From the IMG/VR virus record IMGVR_UViG_3300048849_000031, positions 1 through 29,085 of that record: DNA of 29,085 nt; one strand, 5' to 3'. The position numbers were made by a program, and so were the translations under genes. Source of the stretch: a virus. Lineage: Duplodnaviria; Caudoviricetes. Each line of letters starts with the position of its first letter. Positions within the stretch are counted from its first letter, which is position 1. Below are positions 9,265 to 18,964 of the stretch, one piece after another. The notes beneath the pieces are model-generated. The model searched no databases, had not been told where the DNA came from, and worked only from the letters and a program-made list of their open reading frames with translations.

Positions 9265-11330
9265 TGGCCCTGCGCAACATTCCGACGTGGACCATCCGCC
9301 CCAACTGGTCGAGTGGCGTGCTAGAGCGGCTGGAGTGGCTGACCAGCGTGCTCCAGAGCCCCAGCTACGCCGAGCAACGCATTCAGCTACGGCAGGCCCC
9401 TCGCCGCAGCTTCGAGTTCAGCACCCTCCTGGCTGGGCCGGAGCGCACTCTGTTCGATCTCGGCGTCAGCCGGGTCGGCCGGGGCGACTGGTATCTACCG
9501 ATTTGGCACGATGTGGCGATCACCGACGCCGCAGTCTCGGCCGGCGGCAGCACCACGATCCGGATGGACACCGCCGGCCGGGCCTTCACCGCAGGCGGCG
9601 CCCTGGTACTGATGAGCCGGAAGGCGCTTCAGGCGGAGACGCTGGAGATCGCCGCCGTCTACTCGGACGCCGTGGTGGTGTCCTCCCCGCCGACCCGCTC
9701 CTGGCCGAAGGGAACGCGAGCTTATCCTGCGCGCATCGCCCGGCTCGGCGAGGAGCCGAAGCCCGTCCGCATCAGCGACCGCGTGGAAACCGCGACGGTG
9801 CGCTTCGACGTGCAGGAGCGCGACACGACCCTGGCGGCCCCTTTGCCGGATACCTATCGCGGCTTCCCGGTCCTGCTGCGCCCTCCCAATGAGACAGGCT
9901 CCCTCGATCGCGAGTATGCGCGGCTGCTGAAGGAACTCGACAACGGCACGGGCAAGCCCCTGGTGGTGGACACCGCCGGCTTCCCGACCCGCCTCCAGAA
10001 GATGGCCTGGATGCTGCGCGGGCATGGTGGACACGCCGAGGTGCGGTCCCTGCTGCACGTGCTGCGCGGGAAGTTAGTTCCCGCCTGGATGCCGACCTTC
10101 GCGGCAGATTTCGACCTGGTTGAAACAGCAGAGGCAGGACATGATGCGATCACTGTCACTGGTTGCGGCTTCACTGCTTTTGGTGGCCCCCAGCAGGGCC
10201 GCAGTGATATCCGCATCCAGCTCCGCGACGGAACCAGCTTGTTCACGCGCATCTTGTCTTCCGAGGAGACCAGCGCAGGAGATGAGCGGTTGGTCTTGGA
10301 ATCCCCGCTCCCTCGCGGCTTCTCGGCAGAGCAGGTTCGCCGCATCAGCTTCATGGAGATCATGCGACTGGACCAAGATTCAGTCGAGATTTCACACGAG
10401 ACGGACGAGGCTGGCGTCTCTACAGTCGTCACGACGTTCCGCAGCACGCCGGAGAGCCGCATTGCGGCTGACTGGAGTCCGCCGGAACTGCCGATGAAGG
10501 TGATGACTCCGGGAACTTGCGGCGAGCCGCCTCCTTCAACTCCGCAACCGGGGCCGGTCTCTTGGTTCGCTCACCGGGGCGAATGGCCGGGACAGGAATC
10601 CACCCCGATCGAAAGCGGGGCGGTATATAACGATTACGTCTGGTCCTACGAGAAGATTTCCGACACAGCAGATAGGTTCATAGTCAGTTCGATCGAGGGT
10701 ACAGACGTTACCTTCCCGTTCCTGCGTTTCGACTATGAAGACGAATATTCAAAGCCCGTCTACTTCCGCGAGCCACAAGGCGACACTTGGAAGGTGGTTC
10801 ACCGTGTCAAAATCACGGGACAGCATTACCTGGTTCGGCTCGGCCTCGGCGCGCGGAATGATTTGCAAGACTTCTGGACCAACATGAACTTCCCGGACGT
10901 TACGGTTCAGCACTACGCTGACATCGACCCGGACGGCATACGCGCGCCGTACTACCTCTACGTCCAGCTCGACCGCCTATACAACGGCGGCACGGAGATG
11001 GTGTCCATTGGCACTGAAGCCGCTGTCCCGGACGATGACCCCTGGTACGGCGGCTGGGCGACGAACGTGTTTCGGTTCCCGACCGGGACAGAGATCACGA
11101 TCACCTATCTGTTCAAGGATGCGATGCAGTCGGTTTACGTCAATGGTCTCCTCATGTGGACCAGCGAGGGCGCCTATAACGAGGCCGATCTCCACCTCCT
11201 CAACAGAGTTTACGGCAATGTCGGCCACTTCCAGCCCTTGCACCTTGACGCGGCCACTGCGGACGTTCTGGTGGACTGGCAATACCTGTATTCGCCGATC
11301 CCGTCTGGCGAGATTGGGAACGGCATTTAA
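9264..11330 (+). CDS. Distal tail / tail-tip protein with an extra C-terminal domain
   Basis: First gene after TMP (TAATG overlap); PNWSSGVLERLEWLTSVL...EQRIQLRQAPRRSFE N-terminus typical of this tail type. Confidence 0.75.
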   Translation: MALRNIPTWTIRPNWSSGVLERLEWLTSVLQSPSYAEQRIQLRQAPRRSFEFSTLLAGPERTLFDLGVSRVGRGDWYLPIWHDVAITDAAVSAGGSTTIRMDTAGRAFTAGGALVLMSRKALQAETLEIAAVYSDAVVVSSPPTRSWPKGTRAYPARIARLGEEPKPVRISDRVETATVRFDVQERDTTLAAPLPDTYRGFPVLLRPPNETGSLDREYARLLKELDNGTGKPLVVDTAGFPTRLQKMAWMLRGHGGHAEVRSLLHVLRGKLVPAWMPTFAADFDLVETAEAGHDAITVTGCGFTAFGGPQQGRSDIRIQLRDGTSLFTRILSSEETSAGDERLVLESPLPRGFSAEQVRRISFMEIMRLDQDSVEISHETDEAGVSTVVTTFRSTPESRIAADWSPPELPMKVMTPGTCGEPPPSTPQPGPVSWFAHRGEWPGQESTPIESGAVYNDYVWSYEKISDTADRFIVSSIEGTDVTFPFLRFDYEDEYSKPVYFREPQGDTWKVVHRVKITGQHYLVRLGLGARNDLQDFWTNMNFPDVTVQHYADIDPDGIRAPYYLYVQLDRLYNGGTEMVSIGTEAAVPDDDPWYGGWATNVFRFPTGTEITITYLFKDAMQSVYVNGLLMWTSEGAYNEADLHLLNRVYGNVGHFQPLHLDAATADVLVDWQYLYSPIPSGEIGNGI

Positions 11331-11342
11331 GGGGCTACGGTC

Positions 11343-12158
11343 ATGTCTTTCTCGGAGAGAGAGGTTTCAAACTACAGCGGCCAGCCGGTCCTTCTCTACG
11401 ACTTCTCCCGCGGGGCGATGCACTGGCGGTATTGCACGGCGGCCGAGGACATCACCCTGGAGGGCGCAAACTACGAGGCAGTTCCGGTCTCGGACGGCGG
11501 TGTGGTGCAGTCCGGCGACACCAATGCCGACACCTTTGAGGTGACGCTGCCGGCGGCGTCTGCGGTGGCCCAACTCTATGCCGGCACCCCACCGTCCGAT
11601 CCGCTGACCCTGGTGGTACGCCGGCTGCACTTCGGCGACGCAGATGCGCCCGCTATCTGGAGCGGACGGGTTCTGACTTGCACGCAAAATGATGAAGCAC
11701 AGGCGACGCTGGCCTGCCAGTCGCTCATCAGCCTGTTCGCCACAGATGGTCTGCGTCTCGCCTGGCAGCGGACCTGCCCACATATGCTCTACGACAGCGA
11801 GTGCCGCGTGGACAAAGCCGCCTATGCCGTGCGTCTCGTGGTCTCTGTCGCGGCGACCCTGACGCTGCAACTGGACGGCGCCGACGCTTTCGAGAGCGGC
11901 TACTTCGCGGGCGGCTGGATCGAGTGGGAGGTGGCGCCCGGCACCCTGGAGCGCAGGATGGTCGAGGCCCATGTCGGAAATCAGTTCGGCATGGCGGGCG
12001 TCACCGATGGGATTACGGCGGGCCTCTCCGTCACTGCCTATCCTGGCTGTAGCCGCACCGCAGATGTCTGCAACGGGCGGTTCAACAACATCGGCAACTA
12101 CGGCGGCATCCTGCACCTGCCCGGCAAGAGTCCCTTCAACGGCGAAGCCGTGTTCTAG
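11343..12158 (+). CDS. Tail-tip hub protein (DUF2163 / Phage_BR0599-like, Cys-containing)
   Basis: WQRTCPHMLYDSECRV and AYPGCSRTADVCNGRFNNIGNYGG motifs. Confidence 0.85.
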   Translation: MSFSEREVSNYSGQPVLLYDFSRGAMHWRYCTAAEDITLEGANYEAVPVSDGGVVQSGDTNADTFEVTLPAASAVAQLYAGTPPSDPLTLVVRRLHFGDADAPAIWSGRVLTCTQNDEAQATLACQSLISLFATDGLRLAWQRTCPHMLYDSECRVDKAAYAVRLVVSVAATLTLQLDGADAFESGYFAGGWIEWEVAPGTLERRMVEAHVGNQFGMAGVTDGITAGLSVTAYPGCSRTADVCNGRFNNIGNYGGILHLPGKSPFNGEAVF

Positions 12159-12167
12159 GAGGACGAT

Positions 12168-12413
12168 ATGGACCCCTATTCCGCCGTAATCGCCGTCGTT
12201 CTGATGGTGGCCTCCTACCTGATTACTTCCTCCATGATTACCAAGCCGGAGCCGGTGAAGCCCAATACCATCGACGACTTCGACTTTCCGACATTCGAGG
12301 AGGGCACCCCGCAGGCGGTGGTCTTCGGCGATTGCTGGACGGCGGACTGGATGGTGCTTGCCTATGGAGATTTCCGCGTTGATGCAATAAAGGGGAAGGG
12401 AGGTAAGAAGTGA
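12168..12413 (+). CDS. Small tail assembly protein
   Basis: AGGAGG RBS; hydrophobic N-terminus followed by DFDFPTFEEGTPQAVVFGDCW; synteny. Confidence 0.75.
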   Translation: MDPYSAVIAVVLMVASYLITSSMITKPEPVKPNTIDDFDFPTFEEGTPQAVVFGDCWTADWMVLAYGDFRVDAIKGKGGKK

Positions 12414-12425
12414 GGGAAGTCGGCG

Positions 12426-12641
12426 ATGCCTGATGAGCCGATGGCTACCGTCCGGCACCTTCGGGAAGCCCGCGTCTGCGCTGCCGGCGCACGCGGGTTC
12501 TTTCGCGACATGGGCCTGTCATGGAACGACTTCATCTCTATCGGTGTGCCGGCCTCCGCCCTGGAGGCGACCGGCGACCCCTTCGCCCTGAAGGTGGCGG
12601 CCTGCGCCCGCGAGGAGGCAGCCCATGGGCGGAAGCAGTAA
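12426..12641 (+). CDS. Small tail assembly protein
   Basis: CAAGARGFF...GLSWNDF...GVPASALEATGDPFA; overlaps the start of the next tail gene. Confidence 0.75.
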   Translation: MPDEPMATVRHLREARVCAAGARGFFRDMGLSWNDFISIGVPASALEATGDPFALKVAACAREEAAHGRKQ

Positions 12642-14925
12642 GAAACAGACCATCGGCTACCGCTACAGCTTCTTCATCCACATGGGGCTGTGCCGCGGCC
12701 CGGTCGATGAGATTGTGCAGGTCAAGATCGACGACCTGGTGGCCTATGACAAGCCGCTGACGGACGACAAGGATGACGTGCTGATCCTGAAGCACGACTT
12801 GTTCGGCGGCGACGAGAAGGAGGGCGGCGTCGTCGGCGGCATGTCTGTTCTGATGGGAAAGGCCGATCAGGACATCAGTACCCGCACCGTGACCGATGTG
12901 CGGATGTACGGGAACAAGGGCGCTACCGGCGATGCAGTCGGGCAGCTTCCCATCAAGAGTTTCCTGACCGGGCTGGTATCATCCTTCCGGGGCATCACCA
13001 CCGTCTTCTATCGCGGCCAGATCAGCGTCAACAACCCCTACCCCAAGACGTGGAAGTTCCGCGTTCGCCGCACGAACAAAGGCTGGCAGGGTGATGCACC
13101 CTGGTATCCCGATAAAGCGGCGATCTGGATGTATGAGGGCGACCAGATCATCCAGGCGATGAACCCTGCACACATCATCTATGAGTGCATCACTAACCAG
13201 GCGTGGGGTAAGGGTCTGCCGGCCAGTGCGATTGACGAAGCCAGTTTCGTCTCGGCGGCCAACACCCTTTGCGCCGAAGGCTTCGGCCTCTGCCTGCGCT
13301 GGACGCGGACGAACAAGCTCAGCGAGTTCATCCAGAGCGTCGTCGATCACGTCAACGCCATGCTCTATGTGTCGCGGCAGACCGGGCTGCTGACGCTGCG
13401 GCTGATCCGCGAAGACTATGACGCGGCGTCGCTACCCCTCTTCGATGTGGATTCTGGTCTCCTCTCCATCACAGAGGACCAGAAGGCTTCGCCCAACGAG
13501 TCGGTTAACGAGATCGTCCTGACCTACCACTCTCCGATTGATGACGGCGACAGAATGGTCAGGGCGCACAACCTAGCGGCGTTTCAGGCTGACGGCGCGG
13601 TGCGGAGCACCAAGAGCAACTACGCCGGCCTGCCAACCGCCGAGTTGGCCCTGCGCGTGGCGCAGCGCGACCTGCGCCTTCAGTCTGCCGGCCTGCGACG
13701 GCTGAAGCTGGTGATGGACAGGCGGGCATGGAAGATCGAGCCGGGCGGGGTGTTCCGAATTAGGGACGTTCGTAGAGGCATCGACAACATCGTCATGCGC
13801 GCCGGCCGGGTGGAAGACAGCACCCTGACGGACGGCAAAATCTCTGTCGCTGCCGTGCAGGACGTGTTCGGCCTGCCGGCCACCAGCTTCATGGGATACC
13901 AGCCGAGCCAGTGGGTGCCGCCCGACCGCTCCGCCAGGGTCCCTGAGCAGCGGCGCCTGGTGGAAGCCAGCTATCGCGACATCTTCCAGGGTGTCGGCGC
14001 CAGCAGTGCGGCGGAGTTCCCTATCGACGGCGCCGCGTTCATGTCGCTGGCGCAGCAGCCAACGACCCTCTCGCCGACCTACACGCTGCACAGCCGGGCG
14101 GAGGGCGAAGACTACGGTGCAGGCACCACCTCCGCCTGGACCCCAACCGGCCTCCTGGTCGCCGCCATTGGTCCAGGCGCCCGTAGCATCTTCGTCGAGG
14201 ACGTGACCGGCTGGGGCTATATCACCGCCGGCTCCGCTGCGCTGATCGACGATGAAATGGTGCGCGTGGACGCCTTCAATGCCGCTACCGGCGAGATCGT
14301 CATCGCACGCGGTTGCGTCGATACCATCCCCGCCGGCCATGCGGTCGGCGCACGCATCTGGTTCTTTGATGAGAATGCAGGTTCGGACGAACGCGATTAC
14401 GTCGCCGGGGAGACTGTTCACGTCAAGGTCTTGACGCAGACCAGCAGCGCGACCCTGCCGCTCGGCAGCGCACCAGAGGACAGCATCACTCTCGATCACC
14501 GCTTCTCCCGGCCCTACCCGCCTGGCGCGGTGCAGGTCAACGGCCTCCCCTTCTACGCGCCGGATGTGCAAGCTGGTGATCTCGCTTTCACCTGGTCGCA
14601 CCGGAACCGCGTGTCGCAGCAGGATCAGGTCGTTGATCACGCTGCCGGCAGCGTCGCACCGGAGGCGGGCACCACCTACACGATCCGGCTGTATGGCGAC
14701 ACCGGAGCACTGGTTCGCACGCAGGCCGGCATCACCGACACCGCCTGGACCTACGACGCCGCGACGATCGAGGCGGATGGCGTGACGACCGAGGTAGGCG
14801 TCGAGATCGAGTCTATCCGCGACGGGCTCGCCTCCTATCAGACCTACAGCTTCAAGGTGCCCCGCGTCCGCCGCGGCGGCTTCAACCGCGCGTTTAACCG
14901 CGCCTTCAACAACGGAGCGGCGTGA
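12625..14925 (+). CDS. Central tail-tip protein (Phage-tail_3-like)
   Basis: 766 aa; MGGSSKKQTIGYRY, LFGGDEKEGG, NNPYPKTWKFRVRR, MNPAHIIYEC and ARGCVDT motifs. Confidence 0.85.
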   Translation: MGGSSKKQTIGYRYSFFIHMGLCRGPVDEIVQVKIDDLVAYDKPLTDDKDDVLILKHDLFGGDEKEGGVVGGMSVLMGKADQDISTRTVTDVRMYGNKGATGDAVGQLPIKSFLTGLVSSFRGITTVFYRGQISVNNPYPKTWKFRVRRTNKGWQGDAPWYPDKAAIWMYEGDQIIQAMNPAHIIYECITNQAWGKGLPASAIDEASFVSAANTLCAEGFGLCLRWTRTNKLSEFIQSVVDHVNAMLYVSRQTGLLTLRLIREDYDAASLPLFDVDSGLLSITEDQKASPNESVNEIVLTYHSPIDDGDRMVRAHNLAAFQADGAVRSTKSNYAGLPTAELALRVAQRDLRLQSAGLRRLKLVMDRRAWKIEPGGVFRIRDVRRGIDNIVMRAGRVEDSTLTDGKISVAAVQDVFGLPATSFMGYQPSQWVPPDRSARVPEQRRLVEASYRDIFQGVGASSAAEFPIDGAAFMSLAQQPTTLSPTYTLHSRAEGEDYGAGTTSAWTPTGLLVAAIGPGARSIFVEDVTGWGYITAGSAALIDDEMVRVDAFNAATGEIVIARGCVDTIPAGHAVGARIWFFDENAGSDERDYVAGETVHVKVLTQTSSATLPLGSAPEDSITLDHRFSRPYPPGAVQVNGLPFYAPDVQAGDLAFTWSHRNRVSQQDQVVDHAAGSVAPEAGTTYTIRLYGDTGALVRTQAGITDTAWTYDAATIEADGVTTEVGVEIESIRDGLASYQTYSFKVPRVRRGGFNRAFNRAFNNGAA

Positions 14926-16589
14926 TGCCCGGAACTCCCGGCCCGAACCTGGGTCTTGTCACCGGCTGGCAGCAGGACGAAGATGGCTGGGGCGAGGAGG
15001 GGTTCAACCCCAACTTCGACAAGCTCGATGCCCTTGTCCACCTGTCGGTGCTGTCGGCCACGCAAGCGGCGCCGCCCGCCTCGCCGGCCCACGGGGACCG
15101 CTACATCGTCCCTGCGGCGGCCTCCGGCGCCTGGGCAAACCACGGAACGCACATCGCGGTCTACCGCGAGGGAGTCTGGGCCTTCTACGAGCCACAGCGC
15201 GGGTTCCGCGCCGACGTGCAGGACCAAGCTCCGATCCCCTTCTCGGTCTTCGACGGTACGGCCTGGGCGCCGGAGCCCGGCATCGCGGACGCGCCGAATG
15301 ATGGCCAGGGCTATGTCCGCCGGGAGGGCGAATGGGTGCCGGCCCCCACCGGTGGTGACGGGGCAGGTATTGGGGAGGCGCCGGAGGACGGGAATCTCTA
15401 CGGTCGCCGAGACGGCTCCTGGGAGCAGATCGAGCATCCCGAGACCAGCGGGATTGAGGAGGCGCCGGAGGATGGGCAGGGCTACATCCGTATGGATGGC
15501 GGCTGGGTCGCGGCGCCTACTCCCGGCGACGGCGGTAACGGGGTCGAGGAGGCTCCGGAGGACGGGACACCCTACTCGCGTCAGGACGGCACATGGGTGC
15601 CGTCGCCCACTGGCGGGGGAGGCGATGGCGGTAATGCGGTCGAGGAGGCTCCGGAGGACGGGAAGCCTTACGCGCGCCAGGATGGCGGCTGGGTAGAGAT
15701 TTCAACCGGCGACGGAGGGGACGGCAATGACGATGCGCCGTTCACCGCGAGGACGTGGCGAATCGCCATCACCGCTAGCGCGGGCGGCTCAAATTTCGGC
15801 ACTCGCATCGCCGCATTCGACTTGCTGGACGCCGGAGGCAACAGGATAGACATGTCGGCGGCCACTGTTACGGGGTCGGCGCCGCTATCAACTGCCAATT
15901 CTGCTCAAATGGCTGTAGACGGAGACGATCAGACTTGGTTCCGCTCCAATGCGTCTCCCTCTGCGATCTCGCCTATCTTCTTGCAGGTGGAGTTTCCTGG
16001 CGCTGTTAAGGTCTCGGCGGTTAGACTGGTTGTGCAGGAGAATGTCGGCGGTGCGCCGAGAGATTTTACAGTATTCGGCGACGGCGTTGTGTTGCTGTCC
16101 TTGGCGCAAGTGGCTGATTGGGCACTTGGCGTTCCCAAGGTGTACCGCGTTTACGGCGGCAGCTTCTTTGTGCAGGACGCGCCGAAGGACGATAAGACAT
16201 ACAGCCGCAGGAACGGCCAGTGGGTAGAAGCAACTGTTGCCGCGAGCGCACCGTTCGATGTTGGCCTCTTCATCCCTGGCGTTGTGCCGGCCGCTAACGC
16301 CCTGCTCTCCCGCTACGTGTTCACGCGGGCAGTCGCCTTCGCTGCGAACCTAACGGGCTCGGTAGGCTACGCAGGCACGCCGCCGACCGCCGGCACGACT
16401 CTGGACCTGCGCAAGAACGGCACGTCCATCGGCACGGTGACTTTCGCCGCAGGAGCCAGCACCGCGACGTTTACCACCGCTGCGGCAGTGTCCTTCGCTG
16501 CCGGCGATCGCTTGTCTGTCTACGCCCCGGCTGCTGTGGATGCCGCCCTGGCAGACATCTCGGTAACGCTCGCGGGGACAAGGAGCTAG
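14922..16589 (+). CDS. Tail fibre: DUF2793-like N-terminus, six foldon-like repeats, discoidin/F5-8C-like domain
   Basis: LDALVHLSVLS...PPASPAHGDRYIVP...GAWA N-terminus; repeated (E/D)APxDGxxYxRxxGxW; AVDGDDQTWF...LQVEF...APRDFTV. Confidence 0.8.
   Translation: MMPGTPGPNLGLVTGWQQDEDGWGEEGFNPNFDKLDALVHLSVLSATQAAPPASPAHGDRYIVPAAASGAWANHGTHIAVYREGVWAFYEPQRGFRADVQDQAPIPFSVFDGTAWAPEPGIADAPNDGQGYVRREGEWVPAPTGGDGAGIGEAPEDGNLYGRRDGSWEQIEHPETSGIEEAPEDGQGYIRMDGGWVAAPTPGDGGNGVEEAPEDGTPYSRQDGTWVPSPTGGGGDGGNAVEEAPEDGKPYARQDGGWVEISTGDGGDGNDDAPFTARTWRIAITASAGGSNFGTRIAAFDLLDAGGNRIDMSAATVTGSAPLSTANSAQMAVDGDDQTWFRSNASPSAISPIFLQVEFPGAVKVSAVRLVVQENVGGAPRDFTVFGDGVVLLSLAQVADWALGVPKVYRVYGGSFFVQDAPKDDKTYSRRNGQWVEATVAASAPFDVGLFIPGVVPAANALLSRYVFTRAVAFAANLTGSVGYAGTPPTAGTTLDLRKNGTSIGTVTFAAGASTATFTTAAAVSFAAGDRLSVYAPAAVDAALADISVTLAGTRS
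15282..16230 (+). repeat. Six foldon-like coding repeats in the fibre gene
   Basis: Copies begin near 15282, 15369, 15453, 15543, 15639 and 16170; each resembles T4 foldon [20 protein letters not shown]. Confidence 0.8.
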
Positions 16590-16592
16590 ACC

Positions 16593-16691
16593 ATGATTGC
16601 GGTGTTCCCTGTGTTCGGCCCTGGGCGCCGCCCGATTGCGAACCAAGGCGCGCTCTATCCCGGTGGCTCCTTCAGCCAGAGCCAGCAATGA
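16593..16691 (+). CDS. Possible 32-aa small protein
   Basis: AAGGAG RBS and ATG just after the fibre stop; MIAVFPVFGPGRRPIANQGALYPGGSFSQSQQ. Confidence 0.3.
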   Translation: MIAVFPVFGPGRRPIANQGALYPGGSFSQSQQ

Positions 16692-16769
16692 CAACGCCTA
16701 TGCCGGTCGATTCGCCGCTACGCAAATCTATCCCGACACCGCACCGCGATTCCGTCTGAGAGGTGAGCC

Positions 16770-18758
16770 ATGACAATCCGATACCTCGATCCCGAGAACG
16801 GCAACGATGCAAACGATGGCCTGTCTTTCGGCACCCGCAAGAAGACCTTCGGCTCGGCCACCGCGGGGGCGAAGGCAGGCGACGAACTGCGCGTCATCGC
16901 TTCTCCTGAGCCCACTCTCGTTGGCTCGGCAACGTGGACCGACAACAGCCGCTTGATCGCGCTGCCGCCCGGCACGAACAAGGAAATCCCGGTAGGGCCT
17001 ACCGCGTGGACACCCTCCGCCAATGTCACCGCGACGGTCACTACCTCCGCGCTGAAGCATGGCGCAAGCATCTACCTGCTTTTCGCCAACGGGTTCACCA
17101 CGGGGAAAGCCGCTTACCGAGCACTCGCTGAGCCGCTCGACCTGTCCACGTTCCAATCTCTCTCGGCGTTCTTCCAGTCCACCGTACCGCTCGCGGCGAA
17201 CACCTTGGAACTTCACCTCTGTAGCGATCTTACCGGCGACGTACCCGTGGCGGTGTTGCCCCTCTCGGCAGGTGTAGGAGAGACTCTTGGCACCAGTCGC
17301 TTTATCACGGTGTTCCGAGACCTCGGAGCCCCGATTTCCGAGGCCGTCCGGTCCATCTCGATCTGGGCGAACACCGACCCCGGCTTCGTGGCGGTGTATC
17401 TCAACAATCTTGTCGCCTGCAAAGCGGCGTCTGCACCCGACCATGTGTCGCACACGACGCTGCTCGGGAAGAACACTGAACAGGAGTGGGAGTGGTACAG
17501 CCTCGGCGGCATTGACGACAGCGGCGCGCATACCGGCGGGGCATCCACCTCTACGGTAGGACGGCCTTACCGCGGCGTCTCTGAGTCGGTGCCCACTTTC
17601 GCGCTCCAGCCGATGTTCCTTGGAGGGGTCCCGAACGACCGGCTTTTGTCCGGCGCGTCGTCGTCTCTCACGCAAATCTCGGGCGGCTGGGACCGCGAGA
17701 GCATGGCGCAACAGACAGGAGAATCATGGCTCACGGGCCGGTACAACTCAACCACAGGGCTCGGGTCAAGCGGCTCCAACGCCTTGGGATTCTTGATCTC
17801 CAACCTCGGCTTCGCCCATGTTGCCGGGCCTGCTCTCTCGGAAAAGAACTGGCAGATAGACTTGCTGGGCATCCTTGCTTGCGACCAGCAGATCGCGGAA
17901 CCGGCCTCTGCCTCAACAGGCGGCGGGTCCTACCCGAAGATATGGAAGGTGCGGCAGGTATGGGGCGGAACGACGCCTTTGACAGACCCCGCTATCAACC
18001 AACAAGGGCAGGCAGTTTCCGTCTTAGCGGCCGAGCGCGTCCACGGTTTCCCTGGCGCCACTCAACCCGCGGTCTTGCTGAACGGGGACGAGCAGGTAGA
18101 GCGCCACCATCGTCTCGTCCGCGTTGACAACAATCGAACCTGGGGCGTGGGAACAGGGGTAGGCACCCGCGCTTCTCTCAGCGGCACGATCTTAGAGAAT
18201 AACGACACGGCTGATCTCTATGTCGCGCTGGGCAGTGTGCTGAGTGCGAGCGGCTGTGACATGCGAAGCGCGAAAAAGGTGGCGTTCAGTTCGCTCTCCG
18301 ACCGATGTGCTGCGGCCTACCTCAGCTACGCAGGCCCGGATGGGACCGTGCATGAGACGGTTCGGAACTCCTATACGGTCATCACAGACCGCGAGGTCCG
18401 CCACGCGGCCTCCGGGTTCTCCTGGAAGCTGACGCAGGTGGAGGAGCCGCCTTTCACGGCCGCGCTTCCCTCGGAATACGAGGTGGGCCTTGTGGCGGTA
18501 CGAGCCGGACAGCCCGTGACGATCAGCGCGTGGCTGCGGCGGAACCAGCCCGACATCAACGTCGGTCTTCGGGTTCGGGAGGATTGGGTGACCGGCGTTC
18601 AGGCGCAGAACACGTGGATGACGGCCGCGAGCGATGCGTGGGAGCAAGTCAGTCTGTCTTTCACGCCTACGGCCGAGGGCGTAGTCTCGATCTGTCTTGC
18701 CACCTTCGGCGGCTATAACCGATCCGCTTGGATCGACGACCTGGCGGTCTCGCAATGA
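16770..18758 (+). CDS. Putative virion accessory / receptor-binding protein (pectin-lyase-like N-terminal motif, carbohydrate-binding-like C-terminus)
   Basis: YLDPENGNDANDGLS...KKTF N-terminal motif; C-terminal VTISAWLR...WEQVSLSFTP...WIDDLAV; located after the fibre gene. Confidence 0.6.
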   Translation: MTIRYLDPENGNDANDGLSFGTRKKTFGSATAGAKAGDELRVIASPEPTLVGSATWTDNSRLIALPPGTNKEIPVGPTAWTPSANVTATVTTSALKHGASIYLLFANGFTTGKAAYRALAEPLDLSTFQSLSAFFQSTVPLAANTLELHLCSDLTGDVPVAVLPLSAGVGETLGTSRFITVFRDLGAPISEAVRSISIWANTDPGFVAVYLNNLVACKAASAPDHVSHTTLLGKNTEQEWEWYSLGGIDDSGAHTGGASTSTVGRPYRGVSESVPTFALQPMFLGGVPNDRLLSGASSSLTQISGGWDRESMAQQTGESWLTGRYNSTTGLGSSGSNALGFLISNLGFAHVAGPALSEKNWQIDLLGILACDQQIAEPASASTGGGSYPKIWKVRQVWGGTTPLTDPAINQQGQAVSVLAAERVHGFPGATQPAVLLNGDEQVERHHRLVRVDNNRTWGVGTGVGTRASLSGTILENNDTADLYVALGSVLSASGCDMRSAKKVAFSSLSDRCAAAYLSYAGPDGTVHETVRNSYTVITDREVRHAASGFSWKLTQVEEPPFTAALPSEYEVGLVAVRAGQPVTISAWLRRNQPDINVGLRVREDWVTGVQAQNTWMTAASDAWEQVSLSFTPTAEGVVSICLATFGGYNRSAWIDDLAVSQ

Positions 18759-18964
18759 GCCGCCCGGACAGGGCAGACCTGCTGAAGCTGGACTATGGCT
18801 TCAACGGAAAGCCTTTCCTGCGAGTGCGCGCAGGCGGCAGCGACGCGGCAGAGTACGGCTGGGATGGCAAGCCATTCTTCCCCGCGCCTGGGGCGGCTGT
18901 GACACCGGAGCCTGAGCCGGAGCCAGCAATCGCCCGTCCGGTGCTGTTCGTCATCTCGCAGTAG
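18755..18964 (+). CDS. Small protein with an internal duplication
   Basis: ATGA overlap with the upstream gene; DYGFNGKPF / EYGWDGKPF repeat and PEPEPEP linker. Confidence 0.6.
   Translation: MSRPDRADLLKLDYGFNGKPFLRVRAGGSDAAEYGWDGKPFFPAPGAAVTPEPEPEPAIARPVLFVISQ

Noticed and set aside
9264-18964. Diversity-generating retroelement or invertible tail-fibre switch
   Set aside because: No reverse transcriptase or invertase in the window, and no TR/VR pair or flanking inverted sites noticed.
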